Source: an uncultured Dehalococcoidia bacterium (GTDB lineage: Bacteria > Chloroflexota > Dehalococcoidia > Lucifugimonadales > GCA-2712585). From it: DNA of 64,000 nt. Positions within the stretch are counted from its first letter, which is position 1; each line of letters opens with the position of its first letter. Under the pieces are notes generated by a model, which had not been told where the DNA came from, ran no database searches, and saw only the letters and a program-made list of their open reading frames with translations. The DNA is taken from contig CAYTPK010000025.1 in assembly GCA_964439905.1 (NCBI GenBank), positions 1,987-65,986 on the forward strand, given 5' to 3'. A program made the translations under genes and the position numbers. Positions 10,254 to 19,139 of this stretch are shown here, piece after piece.

Positions 10254-11237
10254 GTGAACATAATTTTCGATCGTGGCATACATCTCCCAGATTTTGATTT
10301 ATGGTTAGATTCTCGTAGAAAGCGTTCCTATGGTTATATTTCTCATGCGCACCAAGACCATTTTGCCCCTCATTTGAACCCGCTGATGACTCCTGAAACA
10401 TTTAACCTAGTGCGCGACCGTCTCCATAACACTAAACCACACCTGCTGAATTTAGGAGAGCCATTTGATACCACAAGATACTCCTTGAAACTATATCCTG
10501 CAGGGCATTGCCTGGGGTCTGCACAAGTATTAATAAAATCTAAGATTACAAACCAAAGTATCTTGTATACAGGCGATATTAAGACCCGCTATAACCCAAC
10601 ATGCAAGCCAATTCAGCCGGTCCCTTGCGATATTTTAGTCATAGAATCAACCTTTGGTAGCCCTATGTTTCGGTTTCCTGATCAAAAAGATATCCTAAGG
10701 CAACTTTTACAGACCATAAAACACTGGCTAAATCGTCACATAACACCTGTAATACTCGCATATAAAACCGGCAAGGCTCAAGAAATACTACACCATTTAC
10801 TGAATAATGATTTAGATGTCGTGCTAGACCCTGCCATTTACGATGTCACACGACGATACGAAGAATCCGGGATTAAGTTCCCAAGACCCTATAATCAATT
10901 CAATGGGTCGATTAATTCTGGGGAAATCCTCATAATTCCTCCGGGCAGAAAATCCAAGGAAACCTTGAAGGTTATCCCCAACAAAAAAACCATAGCCATG
11001 TCAGGATGGGCAGCTGATTCTTCTACAAGAAGTCGGGTGGGAGCAAATTTGGCACTCCCATATAGTGACCACGCTGACTTTGAAGATCTATTGGGCTATG
11101 TTAAAGCTGTTAATCCTAAAAAGATATACACAGTTCATGGTTTCAGTAGCCTTGCTCAAGAATTAAGAACGTTGGGATATGATGCCCACCATCTGATGGA
11201 CTCAGCCAGTACTTTTCGTCAATTAAATCTCCTATAA
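10254..11237 (+). CDS. MBL-fold / beta-CASP nuclease (ligase-associated DNA-damage-response exonuclease-like)
   Basis: GTG start. ISHAHQDH metal motif, YSDHADF near the C terminus, 327 aa. Confidence 0.55.
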   Translation: MNIIFDRGIHLPDFDLWLDSRRKRSYGYISHAHQDHFAPHLNPLMTPETFNLVRDRLHNTKPHLLNLGEPFDTTRYSLKLYPAGHCLGSAQVLIKSKITNQSILYTGDIKTRYNPTCKPIQPVPCDILVIESTFGSPMFRFPDQKDILRQLLQTIKHWLNRHITPVILAYKTGKAQEILHHLLNNDLDVVLDPAIYDVTRRYEESGIKFPRPYNQFNGSINSGEILIIPPGRKSKETLKVIPNKKTIAMSGWAADSSTRSRVGANLALPYSDHADFEDLLGYVKAVNPKKIYTVHGFSSLAQELRTLGYDAHHLMDSASTFRQLNLL

Positions 11238-11307
11238 CGAGGTATAGGTTAGATCTATACTAATACTCGCCGTTAAACCAATAAAATTCGTATGCGGAGC
11301 CATTACT

Positions 11308-11628
11308 ATGATAAGACTTAGTGTTTTATATCCTAACGACGAAGGTGCATTTTTTGACTGGGATTATTACATAAACACTCACACACCATTGGCAAAACGA
11401 TGTTTCGGTAATACAGTCATAAGGTGGGAAATTGACCATGGGATCCGGGGGGAAGAAGCCGAAGACTCAGCGCCTTATATAGTGGCAGCATTCATCACTT
11501 TAACTTCACTATCTGACTTCGACAATGTTATTGCAACGCATGGGGAAAAATTAAAAGCGGACTTCAAGAATTACACCAACGTTTACCCAATTTTTTTGGT
11601 TACGGATGTATGGAAAGGATACTCTTAA
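11308..11628 (+). CDS. EthD-domain protein (TIGR02118-like)
   Basis: MIRLSVLYPNDEGAFFDWDYYINTHTPL N-terminal pattern, 106 aa. Confidence 0.6.
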   Translation: MIRLSVLYPNDEGAFFDWDYYINTHTPLAKRCFGNTVIRWEIDHGIRGEEAEDSAPYIVAAFITLTSLSDFDNVIATHGEKLKADFKNYTNVYPIFLVTDVWKGYS

Positions 11629-11680
11629 CAAAACACTAAACAATCGTTAAGTTTAAAATCCGAGGCTTCAGTAGACCTTA

Positions 11681-13171
11681 TTACGTTCGACGGGGATTTC
11701 CTATCACAGCGTTTGACGGTAGGAATAAAGCTACGATAGCTCCAATCAGCAGTATAACCATGACGAACATGGCGCCAGTACTCAAGGCATTGGCAAACGC
11801 CTCCATTTGATTTGGATCAGCTTGACTAGGCCCAAATGCTTGAACGTGAACATAATCTACATCAGGAGCCAATCTAAGAATGTTGTTTCTTAAAGAAGCT
11901 AGAAAGATCGCAGATACGGCTGCGACACCTAAAGCTGCGGATACATTCTGCAACATGTTCATTACCCCAGATGACACTCCTCCTCGTTCAACGCCGAGGG
12001 CATGAATGCATACAGTAGTAGTTGTAACAAATGCCGCAGCTCCTCCAATACTGCCCAGCACGAGGCTAGGCAAGAGATCCCAATAATCAGATCCACCATT
12101 GAGCCTCAACCAAAGAGCTGCTGAAATACATGTCAATGCCGTCCCTAACACCATAGGCATTTTGTTTCCCCATCGGTCACCCACATATCCCCAAAATGGA
12201 GTAGCCACAACCACGCAAATCCCCACTGGCAGAAATAACATTCCAGATTCTGCAGCATTTTTCCCGAGGAAATGTTGCATATAGAAATTACTCATCAATA
12301 TCACTGCCACAAACGCAAAGCTCACAGAGAACCTAACAAAGATTCCAACCAAAAAAATTCTGTTCGTAAAAAATTCCTTGTTGATCAAGGGATCCTTCCC
12401 ATTTAATTGAGTGATAACGAACAAGGGTATCGTGGCAACTGCAACTCCAAAAATCAATATGGTAATAGGGGATGTCCATCTAGTAGATTCTCCGACCATG
12501 AGGCCTAGAACTATCAGCAAAATACAACTGACGCTTAGGCCGATACCCCAAAAATCAATTTTCCAGCTTTTAGGTGGATACATTGTGCCAACAGGAAGAT
12601 CTTTAGAAAGCAAGCCTGCAATAATCGCTAACGGTAGGTTAATTGCAAAGACAAATCTCCAGCCGAAAAGAGCTACTACAGTCCCACTTATAATTGGGCC
12701 TAACACTAAACCCAGAGCTCCAATACTTCCCCAAAGACCTATAGCTAATCCTTGATTCTTGCCCTTAAATGTTTCTGCTAATATTGATAGGGATCCCGGA
12801 ACAATAAGGGCAGCCCCCAATCCTTGTATAATCCTACCTATCTGTAAGAATTGAACGTTAATGGCGATGGTGGCAACCAATGATCCGACAGCAAAAACAA
12901 AATACCCGACCATGAGTGCTTTCCTACGACCATATATATCGCCAACCTTGCCACCTATGATAACTATTGCAGCAAATGTAAATGGCCAGGCATTTATCAC
13001 CCAGCTGCTATCTTCCAGGCTTACCCCAAATTCACTTTGTATGGACGGCAATGCTAAAACCACAAAACTTATATCGAGAGATATAAGGAAAGCGGCTAGA
13101 CATGCAACTGGCAGGATGGTCCGTGCGTACTGTCCGTCGTTAGAATCGGTTAACAGCGCTTTTAGATTCAA
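11681..13171 (-). CDS. MFS transporter, DHA2 (14-TMS EmrB/QacA-like) drug:H+ antiporter
   Basis: 496 aa, highly hydrophobic, with GKVGDIYGRRK (MFS motif A). Confidence 0.8.
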   Translation of the reverse strand: MNLKALLTDSNDGQYARTILPVACLAAFLISLDISFVVLALPSIQSEFGVSLEDSSWVINAWPFTFAAIVIIGGKVGDIYGRRKALMVGYFVFAVGSLVATIAINVQFLQIGRIIQGLGAALIVPGSLSILAETFKGKNQGLAIGLWGSIGALGLVLGPIISGTVVALFGWRFVFAINLPLAIIAGLLSKDLPVGTMYPPKSWKIDFWGIGLSVSCILLIVLGLMVGESTRWTSPITILIFGVAVATIPLFVITQLNGKDPLINKEFFTNRIFLVGIFVRFSVSFAFVAVILMSNFYMQHFLGKNAAESGMLFLPVGICVVVATPFWGYVGDRWGNKMPMVLGTALTCISAALWLRLNGGSDYWDLLPSLVLGSIGGAAAFVTTTTVCIHALGVERGGVSSGVMNMLQNVSAALGVAAVSAIFLASLRNNILRLAPDVDYVHVQAFGPSQADPNQMEAFANALSTGAMFVMVILLIGAIVALFLPSNAVIGNPRRT

Positions 13172-13383
13172 TACTTATTTGCCTAATACGTTCTTGGTCG
13201 CCAAGAATCAAAATCACTCAATAAAATACCTTAAGGCAAGCTGTCCATACAATACATTTTCCATAAGTTTACGACTAAACTTTCAAAAAACTTCTCTATC
13301 GCAATATAACCATAACTTCTCATGTTAATATATGCCATCGATAACAACGCCAGTTTTCAGAAACATATGGCAGGTACATAAAC

Positions 13384-14070
13384 TTGAAATCAACCCGCAT
13401 AGATGGTCCGACATTAAAACATTTGGTCATTTATCCAGATAACTATGACGCTACAAAACCCTATCCGGTAGTAATTTTACTTCATGGCTTTGGTTCTAAT
13501 ATGCACGATTTAGCGGCAATAGCACCCCATATCGATGACCAAAAATACATTTATGCTTGCCCCAATGCTCCTGTATCCGTAGATCTGGGGCTGGGTAGGC
13601 GAGGGTTTGCCTGGGCTTCGTTAGGTACCCCCCTATCCAAGGACGAATACTTACATTCCCAAGATATTCTTTTGTCCTTTATCTTGGAATTAACCTCTGC
13701 CCTTGACACTCCCAAAAATCAAATTGTACTAGGTGGTTTCTCACAGGGAGCTATGATGACTTATGGTATTGGAATCCCCCGTCCTGGATACTTCGCGGGT
13801 TTGATAGCATTAGGAGGTTTATTAGATGATGAAACGGTCCCAGCCAATGCGACTCCTGTTCAAACCGATCAACCCATTTTTATAGCACACGGGACTTTAG
13901 ACACTGTTATACCAATAGAATCTGCTCGGTCTGCCAAAGTACGCCTGGAAAATGTCGGGTTTTGTCCTACTTACAAGGAATATCCTATAGCCCATGAAAT
14001 CAACCATGATATACTAACCGACCTCAGTCGTTGGTTGGAAAACCTATTTCCAGGCATATCGTCCGAGTAA
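13384..14070 (+). CDS. Alpha/beta hydrolase (phospholipase/carboxylesterase family)
   Basis: TTG start. LLHGFGSN and the nucleophile elbow GFSQGA, 228 aa. Confidence 0.7.
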   Translation: MKSTRIDGPTLKHLVIYPDNYDATKPYPVVILLHGFGSNMHDLAAIAPHIDDQKYIYACPNAPVSVDLGLGRRGFAWASLGTPLSKDEYLHSQDILLSFILELTSALDTPKNQIVLGGFSQGAMMTYGIGIPRPGYFAGLIALGGLLDDETVPANATPVQTDQPIFIAHGTLDTVIPIESARSAKVRLENVGFCPTYKEYPIAHEINHDILTDLSRWLENLFPGISSE

Positions 14071-14121
14071 TATCGCTAAAATCTTTCTACATTTCGCCTT
14101 TAGGAGACTGCTGGTTCCAAA

Positions 14122-15564
14122 ATGATGATATCAGATAAAAATTGCCCGTATTGCGGAGCAACCGATCAAAGAACGGGTTTTAAGTGCCAGAGTTGCTCTC
14201 GTCTAATACCAAAGGCGATTCCTAAGTGGGCCCAAGAACGCGGCAAACGAACGGAAATGAAATTATTCGGAAGAAGCGGGTTGATTTTCATGACCCAAAA
14301 TAAATGGCTTGCAATTACTCTTATTATCGTACTCTCTTGCGCTTACTTCCTTCACAACTACAAGGTGATTCCCAATCCAATTACCCTAATTCTTAGTTCG
14401 CCCACCACACAACTATCCGCTGACCCAGAAAATCAACCAGGGGCTGTAGTCGGATCCAATTTAAAGCGGACCAATGCTATTACAAATATCACATCACAGC
14501 CTATAGGACAAACAATGTGGTCATTAGGATCTGGGTCATTAGACGGAGTCTCTAGACCTACTATCGTTGATAATATCCTGTACATAGGCCATAGGGACTG
14601 GAGGATTCTTGCCATCAATGCGACCTCTGGAGATACCATATGGGAGCACAAAACAAACGGATTTGTTAACAGTTCGCCTTCTGTGGCTGGAGATTTGGTA
14701 TTCGTAGGGTCAACCGATGCTTTCATGCGGGCCCTTGATCGTAAATCAGGTCACCTAGAATGGAAATTTAAAGCTAATGGCCCCATTACAAGCTCCCCAA
14801 TCATAGTGAACGGATTCGTTTTCTTCGGCACACATGCAAACTTAATGTACGCGTTAGATGCTACAACCGGAGAAGAATTATGGTCGTATGACGTCGGAGA
14901 TGCAGGAGGAATATACGCTTCTCCGTCATTTCACGAAGGAGTCCTATATTTTACTAGTCAAGATGGATCAATTCATTCCGTTAATCATCGTACCGGACAA
15001 ACAAAAATGAAGTATCGTAGCCGCTCACTTTCTGCTAGTCATTTCCCGGTTATAGAGAACAGCCTAGTCTATAGCCTATCTGGAAATCGCCTCTTGGCAA
15101 TCGACGCAGAAATGCGGGAAATACCCGCCAGATGGCAATTCGTGAGAACCTGGTACATATTGTATGCGCACAGATGGCCGGTACCCCCTCCTCCAAGCCA
15201 GCAAGGATTCAAGTGGTGGTATAGCGCAGATGAGAATTCCTTCTTTAGTTCGCCTCCAGCTGTAACACACGATGGTCTGTACATTGGAGATTCCATGGGG
15301 AGATTATTAGCCAGAGACCCCATAGACCCATCCAAGAATATCTGGACTTTTCAAGCCACTGGCCAAATTACTACCACACCGCTGGTCCTCGAAAATATGG
15401 TTTATTTCGGAACGAAAGATGGGATTATTTATGCACTAGATCGTGATTCGGGCAATGAGATATGGAATCTAGACTTAGGATCACCAATAATCCTACCTAT
15501 AACCTACGGGTCTGAAAAACTTCTTGTTAGGACAGAAGATGGAAATCTTATAGCCATACAATAA
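14122..15564 (+). CDS. Zinc-ribbon / single-TM / PQQ-like beta-propeller repeat protein (BamB-fold)
   Basis: N-terminal CPYCG...CQSC, a TM segment (WLAITLIIVLSCAYFL), then repeated G.LY.G..DG.L.A.D..TG...W blades. Confidence 0.7.
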   Translation: MMISDKNCPYCGATDQRTGFKCQSCSRLIPKAIPKWAQERGKRTEMKLFGRSGLIFMTQNKWLAITLIIVLSCAYFLHNYKVIPNPITLILSSPTTQLSADPENQPGAVVGSNLKRTNAITNITSQPIGQTMWSLGSGSLDGVSRPTIVDNILYIGHRDWRILAINATSGDTIWEHKTNGFVNSSPSVAGDLVFVGSTDAFMRALDRKSGHLEWKFKANGPITSSPIIVNGFVFFGTHANLMYALDATTGEELWSYDVGDAGGIYASPSFHEGVLYFTSQDGSIHSVNHRTGQTKMKYRSRSLSASHFPVIENSLVYSLSGNRLLAIDAEMREIPARWQFVRTWYILYAHRWPVPPPPSQQGFKWWYSADENSFFSSPPAVTHDGLYIGDSMGRLLARDPIDPSKNIWTFQATGQITTTPLVLENMVYFGTKDGIIYALDRDSGNEIWNLDLGSPIILPITYGSEKLLVRTEDGNLIAIQ

Positions 15565-15588
15565 TAATTACATGAACGTCTGAGAAAA

Positions 15589-15607
15589 AGGGATCACTTC
15601 CCTCTTT
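15589..15607. terminator. Weak hairpin between convergent genes
   Basis: AGGGA-tcact-TCCCT with flanking A and T runs. Confidence 0.3.
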
Positions 15608-15616
15608 ATATTGAAC

Positions 15617-16003
15617 TTACCAATGCCAGATCCGATCATGTTGATCAAAAAGATTCCCTAATTCACTCCTACTAACTAACGCGACTCCGTCTATTATCTC
15701 ACCCATACCAATCCCATGATCTTCAAGATCCTCGTAAACAGCATATACACTAATACCTGCACCTATCATTCTTTGCACATCCGCGTCTAATTTAGGGGGA
15801 TGACTCAATGGAATTCCTCCTATTACCAAACCACTAGCATCCTGACCACGGACTAAATAGTTAACTGCGTTAGCTCTCAGTAATACCGAAATGCATGCTC
15901 CCGAATTCTTGAGCATATGAGACAGCCAGAGTATGGTGTCATCCTGCTCTTCAAGAGTGCCATGGTAGGCTCGTTCCACAACAGACAATATCTTGGTAGG
16001 CAT
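15617..16003 (-). CDS. DsrE/DsrF/DsrH-superfamily protein (third gene of the cluster)
   Basis: 128 aa with the family pattern VLLRANAVNYL...VYAVYEDLEDHGI. Confidence 0.55.
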   Translation of the reverse strand: MPTKILSVVERAYHGTLEEQDDTILWLSHMLKNSGACISVLLRANAVNYLVRGQDASGLVIGGIPLSHPPKLDADVQRMIGAGISVYAVYEDLEDHGIGMGEIIDGVALVSRSELGNLFDQHDRIWHW

Positions 16004-16014
16004 CTTTTCTATTC

Positions 16015-16404
16015 CTATTTTAATCCTATAATCAAAGTATTATCACTCTCTTCAAACCATTTGAATAAGTCTGCTGGAGATCCTCTCCTCACACCATCAA
16101 TCCAATTTATCGCGCCACGCTCATCTGCACACATTCCACAGTTAATCCAATCTATGGCTCCGGTTGCTAATAGACCTGTAATGAATCTTGCAGTACTGGG
16201 ATGCTCCTCTTCTAATGCATCGGTCCCTTTAACCGGATTTGCATGGGGGGACTGATCTCTGATAGTCATATTTACAGCCCCTTCGTAAGCAAAAATGTTG
16301 ATTTTGTGCCCTTTCCTAATTGCTGCATCGGCAATTCTTAAAACCGTGGTGGTGGTTTCGGATTCGTAGGGTGCATTCATCAAAGCGATTGTAAGAACTG
16401 CCAT
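16015..16404 (-). CDS. DsrE/TusD-like sulfur-relay protein (Cys-bearing subunit)
   Basis: 129 aa. INCGMCADERG aligns with the DsrE active-site Cys region. Confidence 0.6.
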   Translation of the reverse strand: MAVLTIALMNAPYESETTTTVLRIADAAIRKGHKINIFAYEGAVNMTIRDQSPHANPVKGTDALEEEHPSTARFITGLLATGAIDWINCGMCADERGAINWIDGVRRGSPADLFKWFEESDNTLIIGLK

Positions 16405-16413
16405 ATAGGACTC

Positions 16414-16749
16414 CTAGTGCCACAAGACCTTAAATTTGGAATCTACCAACATGTCGACAAGAAAATCCATGCCTGATATTTGCACTCCATCTACAAGGTG
16501 TTGCATTTCAATCCCTCTTTCTCTAAGAGAAAATTCATCAGCCATGATTCTGATCTTACCTTGTCTAGATAGTAAAATATCCATGGGATTATTCTTGCTA
16601 GTCCGCCTCGCCACAAATACTCCATTTTGAATCAGGAACAAGGTCACTTCATTCCCTTTGTCAATCAGCTGTTCAGCTACCTGATACATGTAATCTATAT
16701 CAGCATACTCGAACGGATCTCTGGATTCGATTAAAAGATACCTAACCAT
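16414..16749 (-). CDS. DsrE/DsrF-superfamily protein (Cys-free; first gene of the cluster)
   Basis: 111 aa with VTLFLIQNGV...IMADEFSLRERGI. The stop TAG overlaps the AGGAG RBS of the next gene. Confidence 0.55.
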   Translation of the reverse strand: MVRYLLIESRDPFEYADIDYMYQVAEQLIDKGNEVTLFLIQNGVFVARRTSKNNPMDILLSRQGKIRIMADEFSLRERGIEMQHLVDGVQISGMDFLVDMLVDSKFKVLWH

Positions 16750-16755
16750 AAAGCT

Positions 16756-17472
16756 CTAGGCTAGTTCGGCAAGGCTAATTCGTAGCCTCTTATTTATTTT
16801 GCCTTTACTCTCATGACCAACTATCTTGAGTGGCCCAACCTCGTTGGTATTGGATACATGCGTACCTCCATCGGCCTGGACATCCAATCCCTCGATTTCT
16901 ACGATTCTTACTTCACTGATCCCTTCGGGCAGCAGATTTATTTTGGTTCGCACTAGTTCGGGTTTTTTGAAAGCTTCTTCTCGTGTTACAAACCTCGCAT
17001 TTATAGGCCTAGAGGCTTTGATCTCGGTGTTTATAAGGCTTTCTAAATTTTGGACTACATCAGATGAGATCGACTCCAGCTCAAAATCTATTCTTCCTTC
17101 CATTGGTTTCATATTACTGCCTGTTACATGCGCCTGAAATTCTCTCCAAATTACACCACAGAGTATATGAAGGGCTGTGTGGGTCCGCATCAATTGATAT
17201 CTCCTTTCCCAATCTATAGACCCAGTAACATATTCGCCTACAGGTGAACTAAATCCGATAATCTCGTGAACGATTTTCCCATTTTTTGCCGACACATTAC
17301 TTACCGGAAACCGTATTCCATTTGATTCTATATATCCTCTATCAGAAGGCTGTCCCCCTCCCCCAGGATAGAAACTAGTCCGGTTAATAATTACTCCATT
17401 TTCGCAGATTTCTTCAATTCTGCCATCAAATTCTCTGAGGTAACTATCCTTGTAATACAATCGTTCCGTCAC
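16756..17472 (-). CDS. alaX: Alanyl-tRNA editing protein AlaX-type (free-standing AlaRS editing domain)
   Basis: 238 aa with MRTHTALH and DGGTH zinc and editing motifs. Confidence 0.8.
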   Translation of the reverse strand: MTERLYYKDSYLREFDGRIEEICENGVIINRTSFYPGGGGQPSDRGYIESNGIRFPVSNVSAKNGKIVHEIIGFSSPVGEYVTGSIDWERRYQLMRTHTALHILCGVIWREFQAHVTGSNMKPMEGRIDFELESISSDVVQNLESLINTEIKASRPINARFVTREEAFKKPELVRTKINLLPEGISEVRIVEIEGLDVQADGGTHVSNTNEVGPLKIVGHESKGKINKRLRISLAELA

Positions 17473-17827
17473 AATAGCATCCCCTTTTCAATAGTTTTAA
17501 TATACGTCGCTAATTCTTAGTAAGCTGGGATTTATCTATTCCATTTGCGATCTTCTCATTCCTTTGAAGGGTGATATATTCCTTTGTTATTGTCAATGTG
17601 ACGTAATAGATTTAACAAATCTCATCCCCAAAAAAACTCGATTTACTTGAAATTGTCGGTTCCCTCGTTGATTTTTCATTAACAACAAATGAATTTGACC
17701 TAAAGCGATGGTTGATACAATTGAATTCGCTTCCTCCCCATCTTATTATTTCGGTAATCGTATATTAGAATGCCTTTAAAATCCCGGTTTTCTATAGGCG
17801 ACAATATAAGAATAAGGAGGATACTCC

Positions 17828-19036
17828 ATGAATAATGGCGACATATCATGGGTGCTGACATCGTCTGCATTCGTGTTCATTATGCTCCCAGGGCTTGCGT
17901 TTTTTTATGGCGGTCTTGTCCGCAACAAAAACGTCCTAGCTACCATTATGCACAGCTTTATAGCTCTAGCAATTATTGGAATCGTTTGGGTTCTATGGGG
18001 TTATAGCTTAGCCTTTGGACCAAGTTGGGAAGGTATTATCGGTAGTCTTGAATGGTTCGGGCTTCAAGGCGTATCCGCTACTGAAACCGGTCCCTATGCC
18101 GACACAATTCCCCATCAGGCTTTTATGATATTTCAAGCCAAATTCGCAATCATAACACCTGCCCTCATAGCTGGAGCATTCGCGGAAAGAATCAAGTTTA
18201 AAGCTTTCGTATTATTCATAATACTTTGGTCTACCCTTGTTTACGCACCCGCAGCTCACTGGATGTGGGGCGTCGGCGGCTGGCTAGCAGATTGGGGTGC
18301 CAAAGATTTCGCCGGTGGAGCTGTTGTCCATCTGACTTCTGGCGTAGCAGCAATCTCGGCCGCATTGGTATTCGGGAAACGTATGGGTCTTGGCAAAGAA
18401 TCTATGGAGCCTCATAACATTTCTTACATAGTACTCGGAGCCGGACTTCTTTGGTTCGGATGGTTTGGATTTAATGGTGGAAGTGCACTATCAGCAAGCG
18501 GAACAGCGGTTTCAGCATTCGTTGTAACACACATATCCGCCGCTGTAGCAACGTTTACATGGGTCTTGATTGACTGGTTCTTAAAAGGGAAGCCATCGGT
18601 AGTAGGAGCAGCCACTGGAGCTATAGCAGGGCTTGCTACAATCACACCAGCTGCAGGCTTTGTTGGACCCATGCCAGCCATACTTATAGGATTGGCTGCT
18701 GGAGCCCTCTGCTATTCTGCGGTTTACATTAAAAACAAAATTCAACTAGATGATTCTCTAGACGTTTTCGCAGTCCATGGAATGGGCGGGATAATCGGCT
18801 TAATTGCTGTCGCCCTGCTCGGCGGAGTAGGATTCATGAGTCTTGCAGAGATCACGGATCTGAGCCGAGGCGAGTTCCTTGTACGCCAATTGGGCGCGAT
18901 AGGAGCAGTAGGAGCGTGGTCATTTGGTATAACCACCATCATCCTTCTCGCTTTGAAGACAACTGTGGGTCTTCGTGTAACCAGTGAAGAGGAAGAGATC
19001 GGCTTAGACCTTTCCGAACATGGGGAAACAGCCTAA
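17828..19036 (+). CDS. amt: Ammonium transporter (Amt family)
   Basis: 402 aa with DFAGGAVVHLTSG and FGWFGFNGGS. RBS AAGGAGG. Confidence 0.92.
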   Translation: MNNGDISWVLTSSAFVFIMLPGLAFFYGGLVRNKNVLATIMHSFIALAIIGIVWVLWGYSLAFGPSWEGIIGSLEWFGLQGVSATETGPYADTIPHQAFMIFQAKFAIITPALIAGAFAERIKFKAFVLFIILWSTLVYAPAAHWMWGVGGWLADWGAKDFAGGAVVHLTSGVAAISAALVFGKRMGLGKESMEPHNISYIVLGAGLLWFGWFGFNGGSALSASGTAVSAFVVTHISAAVATFTWVLIDWFLKGKPSVVGAATGAIAGLATITPAAGFVGPMPAILIGLAAGALCYSAVYIKNKIQLDDSLDVFAVHGMGGIIGLIAVALLGGVGFMSLAEITDLSRGEFLVRQLGAIGAVGAWSFGITTIILLALKTTVGLRVTSEEEEIGLDLSEHGETA

Positions 19037-19060
19037 CTCAAAAACTACCTATTAAAAATC

Positions 19061-19100
19061 AAAGAGGGGGCACCAATAATATATTGTTGCCCCCTCTTTT
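19061..19100 (+). terminator. Rho-independent terminator after amt
   Basis: AAAGAGGGGGCA / TGCCCCCTCTTT forms a 12-bp stem with a 15-nt loop and ends in a T run. Confidence 0.7.
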
Positions 19101-19139
19101 ACCGAGTGATAACCTAACGCTAATTGAGTGGAGGGTATC

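Noticed and set aside
12099-13328. Several plus-strand ORFs (61-155 aa) across the MFS transporter locus.
   Set aside because: They are antisense shadows of the 496-aa DHA2 transporter. Their composition (Pro/Thr/Ile/Asn runs) is not protein-like.
17473-17827. A 355-bp leader upstream of amt, checked for a glutamine riboswitch and for NtcA or TnrA/GlnR sites.
   Set aside because: There are only near-misses (GTA-N8-AAC; TGTCA...TGTGA). No convincing motif or conserved-looking structure is present. It probably holds just a promoter (TTGACC-N15-TACAAT) and a long AT-rich UTR.
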